64,000 nt of DNA, taken from the NCBI GenBank assembly GCA_963666985.2, contig CAXXIA010000002.1, positions 2,144,001 through 2,208,000 on the forward strand, given 5' to 3'. The translations under genes were made by a program, and so were the position numbers. Under the pieces are notes generated by a model, which saw nothing but the letters and a program-made list of their open reading frames with translations, had not been told where the DNA came from and did not search any database. Origin of the DNA: Spirochaetia bacterium. Its GTDB lineage: Bacteria; Spirochaetota; Spirochaetia; DSM-2461. How positions within the stretch are numbered: the stretch's first letter is position 1; each line of letters begins with the position of its first letter. Shown piece after piece: positions 18,415 through 27,465 of this stretch.

Positions 18415-19137
18415 ATGGAAACAAAAGAACCGTTATACAATCGAATCAAAGCCGATCTGGAACGGAAGGTTTCGGACGGAACCTATAAGCGCGGTGAATA
18501 TATTCCTACGGAGCCGGAACTGGAGGCGCAGTATAGAGTCAGCCGTACGACGATTCGAAAAGCCGTCGGTATGCTTATAGACGAAGGTGTGTTAACGATT
18601 ATTCGCGGGAAAGGGACAATCGTAACGCTTTCTCAGCTCTCGTACAAAGTTTCCGACCTTATGAGTTTTACGGAATTATTGAAGCAGCAGGGGCTTCGTC
18701 CTTCGGCCGTAAACGTACACATTCGAACCATTCGGGCGGATTTGGATACGGCGGAGAAACTTGATATTTCTCCGGGGGATAATGTCGTTGAAATCTATCG
18801 GGAGAGAACCGCGGACGAGGAACCGATTACGGTAAATTGTTCCTGTATTCCCGAATGTTTTATTCGGGATTGCAATTTCGATGTAATCCGAACCAAGCAA
18901 TCGCTTTATCGCGTGCTTCTTGAAGAATGCAATATCGATATCGCTGTTACCGACGATACGATTACGGCGGTTAAGGCAACTCGGGAAATTGCCCGGATTC
19001 TCCATGTTTCTCCGGGAGATCCCCTGCTGCTGATTGAACGGATCGCCTACGACAAAAACGGGCGGAAGATCGAATACAGCAAAATTCATATTCGGGGTGA
19101 TCGGTACCAGCATACGATTACCCTTCGAAAGCGATAG
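18415..19137 (+). CDS. GntR/HutC-family regulator (UTRA domain)
   Basis: IPTEPELEAQYRVSRTTIRKAV...RGKGT; C-terminal UTRA domain ending RGDRY. Confidence 0.93.
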   Translation: METKEPLYNRIKADLERKVSDGTYKRGEYIPTEPELEAQYRVSRTTIRKAVGMLIDEGVLTIIRGKGTIVTLSQLSYKVSDLMSFTELLKQQGLRPSAVNVHIRTIRADLDTAEKLDISPGDNVVEIYRERTADEEPITVNCSCIPECFIRDCNFDVIRTKQSLYRVLLEECNIDIAVTDDTITAVKATREIARILHVSPGDPLLLIERIAYDKNGRKIEYSKIHIRGDRYQHTITLRKR

Positions 19138-19154
19138 AGAGGAGAGTTCATACA

Positions 19155-20084
19155 GTGGATATTGTCGGTTTGGGAACGGTTGCTATGGACGTTCTGTATG
19201 AAGTGGACGCACTTCCGGGAGAAGACGGATTTGCCGTTGTAAAGAATACAACCAATTTGCCGGGAGGATCGGGAACCAATGTCATCGTACAAGCATCACG
19301 GCTCGGCGCCTCGTGCGGATATATCGCGGAAATCGGTGACGATCCCATTGGAATGGAAATAACGGCTTCCTTGGAAGGGGAACGAGTCGATACCTCTCAG
19401 ATGATTCGGAAACAGGGAGGAACGTCGCTCCACACGGATATTGTTGTGGATCGGCTGGGGAAAAAGTTCATTCTTCTTAATCTCGGGAACTCCTTTCTTT
19501 CCCTGGCTCCGGATAATGTCGATCCTGATTATATCAAGCGCGGAAAAGTCTTTTTCACGGACTTACTGCCCGGAGACGCCGCGATTTTCGCGTTGAAATC
19601 GGCAAAGAAGAACGGCCTGACAACGGTGGTGAACATGCAGGTCGCCCTTCCTCAGATGGAATCGTTCGGTGTTTCGCGGGAAACTATTTTTGATGCTTTG
19701 AAATATATCGATGTTTTTCTTCCGTGCCGTGAAGGACTTCGAGGATTGACGGAAACCGATGATGTTGAAGCTTCCAACAGCGTCCTTCGGGAATATTTCG
19801 ACGGATTGCTCATTGTTACTCTCGGAAACAACGGTTCCATAGGTTTTCATTCCGCTTCCGGGAAAGAGGCGATACGCGTGCCTATTGTTGATGTTCCCGT
19901 GAAGGATACCACCGGCGCCGGCGATTCTTATATCGGCGCCTTCATGACCGCTTATTGTCTTGAAGGCAAAAATCTTCATGAATCAATGAGATACGCAACA
20001 GCGTGTTCCGCTTTTAATTGTCTTTCATTGGGAGCGCGTTCCGGTCCCCATAAGTCCGAATTGGAGAAATTTCTCGCGTCTTAA
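19155..20084 (+). CDS. PfkB/ribokinase-family kinase
   Basis: PGGSGTN, IGDD and DTTGAGDSY motifs. Confidence 0.93.
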   Translation: MDIVGLGTVAMDVLYEVDALPGEDGFAVVKNTTNLPGGSGTNVIVQASRLGASCGYIAEIGDDPIGMEITASLEGERVDTSQMIRKQGGTSLHTDIVVDRLGKKFILLNLGNSFLSLAPDNVDPDYIKRGKVFFTDLLPGDAAIFALKSAKKNGLTTVVNMQVALPQMESFGVSRETIFDALKYIDVFLPCREGLRGLTETDDVEASNSVLREYFDGLLIVTLGNNGSIGFHSASGKEAIRVPIVDVPVKDTTGAGDSYIGAFMTAYCLEGKNLHESMRYATACSAFNCLSLGARSGPHKSELEKFLAS

Positions 20085-20179
20085 AAAACCGGCATAGAAA
20101 TTCCATTTTCGCACCGCTGATTCTCAGAAATAGAAACGATTGTTAATCGTTTCACGATAGAGCTATACACAGGAGGGTA

Positions 20180-20722
20180 ATGAGTATGGATGAACGGACA
20201 ACAGAAGAGGCGGATCGTCCCGACATTGAGAATAAGTCGTGGTCGGTACGTCGGGTAGCCATTGTGGCTATTTTCGCGGCTTTAAGCGCGGTAGGCGCCA
20301 TGATTAAAATCCCCAGTCCCATCGGATCAATAGGGCTTGATGCCTGTGCGGGTTTTTTCTGCGCTTTGGCCTTTGGTTCCGTTGAGGGAATGATTGTCGT
20401 CGCCATCGGACACATTTTATCGGCGGCCGTAATCGGCTTTCCTTTAACGCTTCCCATTCATTTGGCGGTGGCGGTAACCATGGCGATTTGGGCGCTTCTT
20501 TTCCGAATCATCGGTCGGCGGGGTACGGTCGGACTCGTTTTGGCGGTGATTACGGCATCGCTGCTGAACGCCTTCGGTTCCGGTCTGCTGCTGCTGCCGA
20601 TCGGAGGCGTTGGATTATACGTGGCGAATCTGCTTCCTCTTTTGGTCGCGTCCGCTGCAAATACGATCTTGGCGGCCGTGGCATACAGTGCCGTTAAAGG
20701 AAGCAAACTCCTCAATAAATAA
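20180..20722 (+). CDS. ECF transporter S component, CblT (alpha-ribazole transporter)-like
   Basis: Membrane protein with AxxxA motif and GHILSA...GFPLTLPIHL, a motif I recall from Listeria CblT. Confidence 0.75.
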   Translation: MSMDERTTEEADRPDIENKSWSVRRVAIVAIFAALSAVGAMIKIPSPIGSIGLDACAGFFCALAFGSVEGMIVVAIGHILSAAVIGFPLTLPIHLAVAVTMAIWALLFRIIGRRGTVGLVLAVITASLLNAFGSGLLLLPIGGVGLYVANLLPLLVASAANTILAAVAYSAVKGSKLLNK

Positions 20723-20786
20723 GGAAAAAGCATCCTCCCGGTTTGCGATGAAAGAGTGTTCGGCATTTTTTATGAAGGTTTGAGAA

Positions 20787-22544
20787 ATGATAAGTGAAAA
20801 CGTTGAAGCTGAAGTTGATGTTAAGAATCTTTGCTTCTCTTATGTGAAGGGTGATGAGAACACACTCTCCAATATTACATTATCGGCTGAAAAGGGAAAG
20901 TTCACCGTAATCATGGGCCATACGGGTGCGGGGAAAACCACACTGCTGATGTGCCTGAACGGCATTATTCCCCAGCTGCTTAATGGGTCGTTAACCGGGG
21001 ATATTTCGGTATCGGGGCTTAACGCTCTGCAGTATCGGGTCCAAACACTTTCGAAAAGTGTCGGCCTGGTATTGCAGGATGCGGAAACTCAGATTCTGGG
21101 CCGGACCGTTTCGGAAGACGTTGCCTTCGGTCCCCGTAACTATTTGGTGCCTCGAGAGGAAATTCTGGAACGCATCAATGAGGCTTTATCGAGAGTCAGG
21201 CTGAACGGTTACGAATCACGATCCACGGATAATTTATCGGGAGGTGAGAAACAGCGTCTGGCCATTGCCGGAGTTCTCGCCATGAAACCGAAAATACTCG
21301 TACTGGATGAGCCCACATCGGAACTGGATCCTCTGGGCCGCGATGAAATTTATACAACCATTGAAAATTTGAGCAAAGAAAGCGAGATAACGATTATCGC
21401 CGTTGAGCATGCAAGTCAGGATATTCTTCAGCGCGCCGATCATCTCATCGTTCTTTCGCAAGGCGCCGTATCCTGGCGGGGAAATCCGCGCGATTTCTTT
21501 AAATCTTCCGCACTGGTGGAAGAGAACGGAATAAAACCGATTCCCGTCGGTATCGTCGGAAATCGTCTTTGTGAACGGGGACTTATTCCGCCTGAGAGAA
21601 TTCCTCTTTCGGTCGATGAAGCCTTTGATACGGTTACCGATCTTCTTTCCGGCCGGCAAATTATCATGACATCGGAAGCGCCTTCGGTTCGGCCGAAAGA
21701 AACCCAATCGAATTTAGTATCGATTAAGAATTTGGGGCATGTTTATGAAAACGGAAAAACCGCTCTTCATGAGGTTAATCTTGATGTCCGCGAGGGTGAT
21801 TTCCTTGCGCTGATTGGTCAGAACGGTGCGGGAAAAACAACACTGGCAAAGCATTTCAACAGTCTTTTAAAACCGACTCAGGGAAGCGTTCATGTCTGCG
21901 GGATTAACGTGGGAGAGAGTGAACCGGAAGAATTGGCATCTCATATTGGGTATGTTTTTCAAAATCCCGACCATCAGATATTCAGTCAAAGCGTTTGGAA
22001 AGAAGTGGCTTTCGGTTTGAAAAACATAGGTCTTCCGGAGAACGAGATGCGGTCGAGAATTGAACGTGTACTCAACTTTACTCATCTTTGGAATCTGCGT
22101 GACGAACATCCGTTTTCCTTGGGAAAAGGGGAGCGGCAAATGATCGCGGTAGCGTCAATTTTGGCGCTGGAACCCAAGATTCTCGTTGTGGACGAACCCA
22201 CGACCGGGCTCGATTGGCGGGGAATTCGCCGCATTATGGATTTGATTAAGACTCTGCACGACAACGGAACCACAATCATCATGATTACGCATGATATGGA
22301 TCTTGTCGCGCATTACGCGACACGAACCGTTGTGATGCGGCATGGCGCCGTTCTTCTGGACGGTGAAACCCGAGATGTTCTGGCCGATACGGAGAAACTG
22401 CGCGATGCCTATGTTACTCCGCCGCAAATCGTGGATTTTTCGCTGCGACTTAAGCCCTTCGGTTTAAATCGGATCATCCTTGATGAGAAAGAACTCGGCG
22501 ATATCATTGCGAATTCCGTTCAGGAGGAATCTCATAATGTTTGA
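20787..22544 (+). CDS. ECF transporter fused double ATPase (EcfA-A')
   Basis: Two ABC domains: GHTGAGKT/LSGGE/DEPT and GQNGAGKT/DEPT. Confidence 0.93.
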   Translation: MISENVEAEVDVKNLCFSYVKGDENTLSNITLSAEKGKFTVIMGHTGAGKTTLLMCLNGIIPQLLNGSLTGDISVSGLNALQYRVQTLSKSVGLVLQDAETQILGRTVSEDVAFGPRNYLVPREEILERINEALSRVRLNGYESRSTDNLSGGEKQRLAIAGVLAMKPKILVLDEPTSELDPLGRDEIYTTIENLSKESEITIIAVEHASQDILQRADHLIVLSQGAVSWRGNPRDFFKSSALVEENGIKPIPVGIVGNRLCERGLIPPERIPLSVDEAFDTVTDLLSGRQIIMTSEAPSVRPKETQSNLVSIKNLGHVYENGKTALHEVNLDVREGDFLALIGQNGAGKTTLAKHFNSLLKPTQGSVHVCGINVGESEPEELASHIGYVFQNPDHQIFSQSVWKEVAFGLKNIGLPENEMRSRIERVLNFTHLWNLRDEHPFSLGKGERQMIAVASILALEPKILVVDEPTTGLDWRGIRRIMDLIKTLHDNGTTIIMITHDMDLVAHYATRTVVMRHGAVLLDGETRDVLADTEKLRDAYVTPPQIVDFSLRLKPFGLNRIILDEKELGDIIANSVQEESHNV

Positions 22545-23346
22545 AGAAAAGAATTCCGCCACATATCTGCATGCTCTGCATGTCGTGTCGAAACTGGTTG
22601 TTTTTATTGCTGTAATGGTTGTTATTTTTACGTTTTCAAACCCGATGTACATATTGGCCATGGGATTGCTTTTATTCGCGCTGATTCTGCCCGCGCGGCT
22701 TCCTTTGGCGGGTGTTTTTACTCTTATTAAGTCATTGCTGCCCGTTTTTGTGATTATCATCGTGATGAGCTGTTTTACATCGCAGCCGGATCGATTTCAG
22801 ACGGGAATCGGACAACATGTCTTTTTTACCCTTTTTCGAGACGGACGTTTTCCCGCTACGGTAGGCGGTTTGCTTATCGGCGTTACATTTCTGATTCGAA
22901 TTGTCGTGATGGTTCTAACGACATTGGTGTTTACCATGACGACACCCATAGACGACATTATTGATTTCATGAATTTAATTCATGCTCCTTATGAATTATC
23001 AATTGTTATCAGTACCGCCATAACATTCATCCCCGCAATGACCAATAAAAAGAATCTTATTTTCCAGGCACAGCGCGCAAGGGGAACGAAGCTGAAAGGA
23101 AAAGGGATGTTTGGGCAATTGATGGCGTTTACTCCGATTATGATTCCCTTGATTATCAATTCCATTCTGCTGGCTGAAAATCTTTCGATTTCCATGCTGA
23201 ATCGCGGCTACGGAGCAAGCAGAGCAATGACGTCCATGCGGGATAGAAAAATGACAAAGTCCGATTACATTGTATGCTGCGGTGCGGCCTTAGTGTCTGC
23301 GGTGAGCATTTACGGAAGAATACGATATAAAGCGGGAGTTCTTTAA
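22537..23346 (+). CDS. ecfT: ECF transporter T component
   Basis: TM protein with AQRARG and second xRG motif (NRGY). Confidence 0.9.
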   Translation: MFEEKNSATYLHALHVVSKLVVFIAVMVVIFTFSNPMYILAMGLLLFALILPARLPLAGVFTLIKSLLPVFVIIIVMSCFTSQPDRFQTGIGQHVFFTLFRDGRFPATVGGLLIGVTFLIRIVVMVLTTLVFTMTTPIDDIIDFMNLIHAPYELSIVISTAITFIPAMTNKKNLIFQAQRARGTKLKGKGMFGQLMAFTPIMIPLIINSILLAENLSISMLNRGYGASRAMTSMRDRKMTKSDYIVCCGAALVSAVSIYGRIRYKAGVL

Positions 23347-23351
23347 TTTTC

Positions 23352-24383
23352 ATGGATGAAAAACTCGGCAAAATTTATGGAGCGCTCTTGGGGGTTGCGG
23401 CCGGCGATGCTATGGGAATGCCCGCTGAGATGTGGTCTCGGAAAAAGATTAGAAATGAATTCGGACGAATTGAAGATTTTCTTCCCGGACCTCTATCGAA
23501 TGAGATTTCGCATGGACTTTCATCATATGAGGTAACGGACGATACTCTGAGCACGGTCGTTATCGCTCGGTCCATTATAGAATCCGACGGAAAAATCCGC
23601 CCCGAGCAAATCGTAAAAAATCTGCGCGCCTGGGCCGCCGATGATGATAAAAGTAAAAACGTTCTGGGGCCCAGTACCAAACGCGCTTTCGAAGAAATTG
23701 AAAACGGCATCCCGCTTGCCGTCGCCGGGCGGACCGGTACGACGAACGGCGGCGCCATGCGCATTATACCGGTCGGCATTATGAGCCGCAGTGATGATCT
23801 GCCGGGCTTGGTGGAAAACGTTCGTCTTTCCTGCCTGCCGACTCATAATACGAGTGTGGCGATTTCCGGCGCTTCGGCCGTGGCGGCCGCCGTCGCTTAC
23901 GGAGTTGATGAAGAAAATCCGAATCTTGATGAATTGCTGGATATCGCCGTTGACGCCGCCCGCCTGGGAGCGGAACAGGGATATGAAGTTTTCGCTCCGT
24001 CCGTAGCGCGCAGAATCACCGCCGGACGGGAGATTATCGCCGCGGCATCTTCAATCGACGAGGCGTCGGAAGAAATTTACAGTTTTCTTGGAACCGGCCT
24101 TCCGACCTATGAAGCGATTCCCGCGGCACTTTTAATCGTGCGTCTTGCGGAAGGCGACCCGATGACAAGCGCGGAAATCGCCGCAAACATCGGGGGAGAT
24201 ACGGATACGATCGGAGCTATGGCCTGCGGCATCTGCGGTGCCGTTTCCGGTGCTTCGGTATTTCCCGATACGGTAATCCAATCCCTTTCCAAAACAAATG
24301 GAATCGATTTTTTCGAATTGGCACGAAGACTTATGGAGCTTCGAAAACGCAAGTATTCCGGCGGCAAAGGCTTTGAGGGTTGA
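23352..24383 (+). CDS. ADP-ribosylglycohydrolase family protein
   Basis: GDAMGMP, TDDT, GPST, TNGGAMRI, PTH and GGDTDT motifs. Confidence 0.93.
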   Translation: MDEKLGKIYGALLGVAAGDAMGMPAEMWSRKKIRNEFGRIEDFLPGPLSNEISHGLSSYEVTDDTLSTVVIARSIIESDGKIRPEQIVKNLRAWAADDDKSKNVLGPSTKRAFEEIENGIPLAVAGRTGTTNGGAMRIIPVGIMSRSDDLPGLVENVRLSCLPTHNTSVAISGASAVAAAVAYGVDEENPNLDELLDIAVDAARLGAEQGYEVFAPSVARRITAGREIIAAASSIDEASEEIYSFLGTGLPTYEAIPAALLIVRLAEGDPMTSAEIAANIGGDTDTIGAMACGICGAVSGASVFPDTVIQSLSKTNGIDFFELARRLMELRKRKYSGGKGFEG

Positions 24384-24493
24384 TTTTTCGAAGATGCATC
24401 GGGATATTGCCGGGCGAAGAGTCTCCCGGCAATCCCGGCAACCCCAACGGCAAAATCCGTATAACATTGAGTTAATCTGACTTTATTAATGAT

Positions 24494-24522
24494 TTGACAG
24501 CTGTTTTCCCGATTGCTACCAT
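24494..24522 (+). promoter_or_regulatory. sigma70 promoter
   Basis: TTGACA-N17-TACCAT with TGn extension. Confidence 0.65.
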
Positions 24523-24582
24523 TCGAATGCGGCTTCTTTGGCACCATCGGCGTTTTGCTTAAGAAGAAATCGGAGACAGTCT

Positions 24583-25977
24583 ATGGAACAGGAATGCGAT
24601 GTCCTCGTTATCGGCGGTTCCACGGCGGGTTTGTTTTTCGCGGCCCGAATGGCCCGGCAGGGATACAAAACCGTTGTTGTTGAACAGGATGATGAAGAGC
24701 ATCATGGCGGCCGATACGATATTTTTCATTTATCGCGTTCGACCTTTCGGCAATTCGGCCTGGAAGAGCCGAAAGAAGGCGATGATTTTTACGTCGGTTC
24801 GTTCACACAAAATCGTTCCCGTTCCGCTTTGAATAATCATCCGAAGAAATCCGATTCTCAAGAGATCCTCGTGCTGCGGCGTCATCCGTTCATGAGACAC
24901 ATGGAACAATGGGCCGCTAAGCAGGGTGCGGTCGTACTGCATGAAACTTTGTTCCAAGAACCTGTGTTCGGCGATTCGGGCATTCTCGAGGGAGCGCGGG
25001 TCGGCCGTAAGGAAAAGACGTGGATTCTAAAGGCGAAGCTGACGGCGGACGCCGGGGGAAGCGCCGCGCCTCTCAGGACGTCTTTAGCCGCAGGATACGG
25101 CGTGGAAACCTTTTCTTTGGGGCCCCGCGATCAGTTTTACGTGGTTCTGTACTATGCCGATCTGGAAAATCCGCAAGCCGATAAGCGGATAGGAACCTGC
25201 GGGTGGCCGTATTATAAAACATGGATTGCTCCGCAGCTGAATCCGAACGGAATTATTCTCGGCGTCGGTGAGAATTTATCCTATGAATTCGCGGAAGAAC
25301 GTTTTGCCGATTTCGCGCGAAGAATCCCCTTGCCGCCGCATCGGGTAACCCATGTCGAGAAAGGAACCACGCCATACAGGCGTCCTCCCGTCAGTTTTGT
25401 CGCGGACGGTTTTGTCGCTTTAGGCGACGCCGCCTGTCTTACGAATCCCTGGAACGGAGAGGGCGTGGCTTTGGCCTGGAGACATGCCGCGATGGCGTCG
25501 GAAGTCGCTGGAACGGCGTTGAAGAACGGCGATGTTCCTTCTCGGGAGAGTCTCTGGGACCTTAATTTCAGATATTATACGGAAATCGGCGCCGAGAACG
25601 AACGGAATCGGGTCCTTCTTGCCGCCGTCGTCGATTGTTCTCCGAATGAGAATGATTTTGAATTCGAACAGGATTTGTTTTTTGTCGACGAAAACGCAAA
25701 TCCTCTGGATAAGTTTCCGGGAAAGATTCTGAAGGGTATTATCACCGGACGAATTAAGATTTCCACGGTGGTTAAGCTGGCTTGCGCGGCCGCGCGGAGT
25801 ACAAAAACGTTCAATCACTATCGGAATTATCCGAAAAACACGGATGATTTTTCGAAGTGGAAGAATAAAAACGATTCCTTATGGAGCGGAACACGTCTTA
25901 TAGCCGATGTCGCCGAGAAAAGAGCGCGGGATAAAACGCTGAAAATCGGTCGGTCGGCGGTTTCCGAAAATAAATAG
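24583..25977 (+). CDS. FAD-dependent oxidoreductase (geranylgeranyl reductase/FixC-like)
   Basis: DVLVIGGSTAG, ADAGG and LGDAACLTNPWNGEGV motifs. Confidence 0.85.
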   Translation: MEQECDVLVIGGSTAGLFFAARMARQGYKTVVVEQDDEEHHGGRYDIFHLSRSTFRQFGLEEPKEGDDFYVGSFTQNRSRSALNNHPKKSDSQEILVLRRHPFMRHMEQWAAKQGAVVLHETLFQEPVFGDSGILEGARVGRKEKTWILKAKLTADAGGSAAPLRTSLAAGYGVETFSLGPRDQFYVVLYYADLENPQADKRIGTCGWPYYKTWIAPQLNPNGIILGVGENLSYEFAEERFADFARRIPLPPHRVTHVEKGTTPYRRPPVSFVADGFVALGDAACLTNPWNGEGVALAWRHAAMASEVAGTALKNGDVPSRESLWDLNFRYYTEIGAENERNRVLLAAVVDCSPNENDFEFEQDLFFVDENANPLDKFPGKILKGIITGRIKISTVVKLACAAARSTKTFNHYRNYPKNTDDFSKWKNKNDSLWSGTRLIADVAEKRARDKTLKIGRSAVSENK

Positions 25978-25987
25978 TGAGGCATTC

Positions 25988-27355
25988 ATGATCAAAAACC
26001 GCGGTGAGAATTTTCGGTTCTGGGTTTTGATTTGGGGACTCGGACTGGCGGGACAGCTTTGCTGGAACATCGAGAATCAATGGTTCAACACGTTCGTTTA
26101 CGCCAAAATCGCCAAAGACTCCACGATCGTTACGCTGATGGTGATTACCAGCGCGCTCGTAACGACTTTATCGACGTTCTTTTTCGGAACCTTATCCGAC
26201 CGCAAAGGAAGACGAAGAGAGTTCATCTCCATCGGATATATTCTTTGGGGAGTTTTTACCATTCTCTTCGGCATGACGGAAATGATCAGCAAAGGAACGG
26301 TGGGCAACGGAAGCAAGCTCGGAGTTCTGGCGGCCGTGCTGGTTATTCTGGCCGACGATGTGATGAGTTTCTTCGGATCCATGGGAAACGATTCGGGATT
26401 TAACGCATGGAGCAACGATTTAACCACCGATCAAAACCGGGGGCAGATTGGAGCCGTTCTGGCCACCCAGCCGGTTATCGGTACGATTGTCGGGACGATT
26501 CTGGGCGGTCTGCTCATCGGGGATAACGACAACTATCAGCGTCTGTTCTGGACAATGGGAATATTCGTTATTGTGGTCGGAATCGTGTCGCTTCTTTTCC
26601 TGAAAGAATCGCCGAATCTGAAACCCAACAGAGAAGAAAGCTTCCGAAAGCAGTTCGCCCGTATTTTTAATTTCAAGGTTTTTTTCGCGCAAAAGGAAAT
26701 GCTTCTCGTCAGCGTTACCACCGCCACGTTCTTCATTGCGTTTAATATCTATTTCGTTCATATGGGCAACTGGATGATTTACCGGATGGGACTGACTCCC
26801 GCGAGTATGGGACTTGTTCAGGGAATAGGTTTGATTGCCGCGATGGTTTTGGCGCTTCCGGCCATTGGATTGATCAACCGCAAGAAAACACCATATGTCG
26901 CCCTGGCGGCCGTTGTTCTGAATATCATCGGATTGCTGATTCTGTTCTTTTTTGTCTCCCCCGGAAGCATTGACGCGGACAATGTTCTTTCACCGAGGAA
27001 CCTCGTCATGTTTTCGGCGGTTTTCCTTGTGGGGGCCGGTTACATCCTGATTATCCAAGCCATGACCATGTGGATTAAGCAGCTGTATCCCGAAGACAGC
27101 CGCGGACAGTACGAAGGTGTTCGGGTTCTGTTCTTCACCCTTATCCCGATGATTATCGGGACGACCATAGGGAACATCATCATTAAAAGAGGCGCGGGCA
27201 CTATCGTCAATGAATACGGTATTACCGAGAATATTCCGACCGAGTCCATTTTCATCTGGGCTTCAGCCGTTATTCTGATTACGCTGATTCCTCTTTTTTA
27301 CTCGGCTCGTCTGTATTACCGGCGTCTCCGTGATTCTCAATCAGATGAAGTATGA
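25988..27355 (+). CDS. MFS transporter
   Basis: About 12 TM segments; GTLSDRKGRRR motif A. Confidence 0.9.
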   Translation: MIKNRGENFRFWVLIWGLGLAGQLCWNIENQWFNTFVYAKIAKDSTIVTLMVITSALVTTLSTFFFGTLSDRKGRRREFISIGYILWGVFTILFGMTEMISKGTVGNGSKLGVLAAVLVILADDVMSFFGSMGNDSGFNAWSNDLTTDQNRGQIGAVLATQPVIGTIVGTILGGLLIGDNDNYQRLFWTMGIFVIVVGIVSLLFLKESPNLKPNREESFRKQFARIFNFKVFFAQKEMLLVSVTTATFFIAFNIYFVHMGNWMIYRMGLTPASMGLVQGIGLIAAMVLALPAIGLINRKKTPYVALAAVVLNIIGLLILFFFVSPGSIDADNVLSPRNLVMFSAVFLVGAGYILIIQAMTMWIKQLYPEDSRGQYEGVRVLFFTLIPMIIGTTIGNIIIKRGAGTIVNEYGITENIPTESIFIWASAVILITLIPLFYSARLYYRRLRDSQSDEV

Positions 27356-27465
27356 AATAATCGATTCAACCGAATTGTTCGATGATATCGCGGCGGAATG
27401 AGATTATCCGGTTACGCCGGGTATAGGGTAATTCGGTGGAATCAGGGAAATTGGAAACGCGAATT

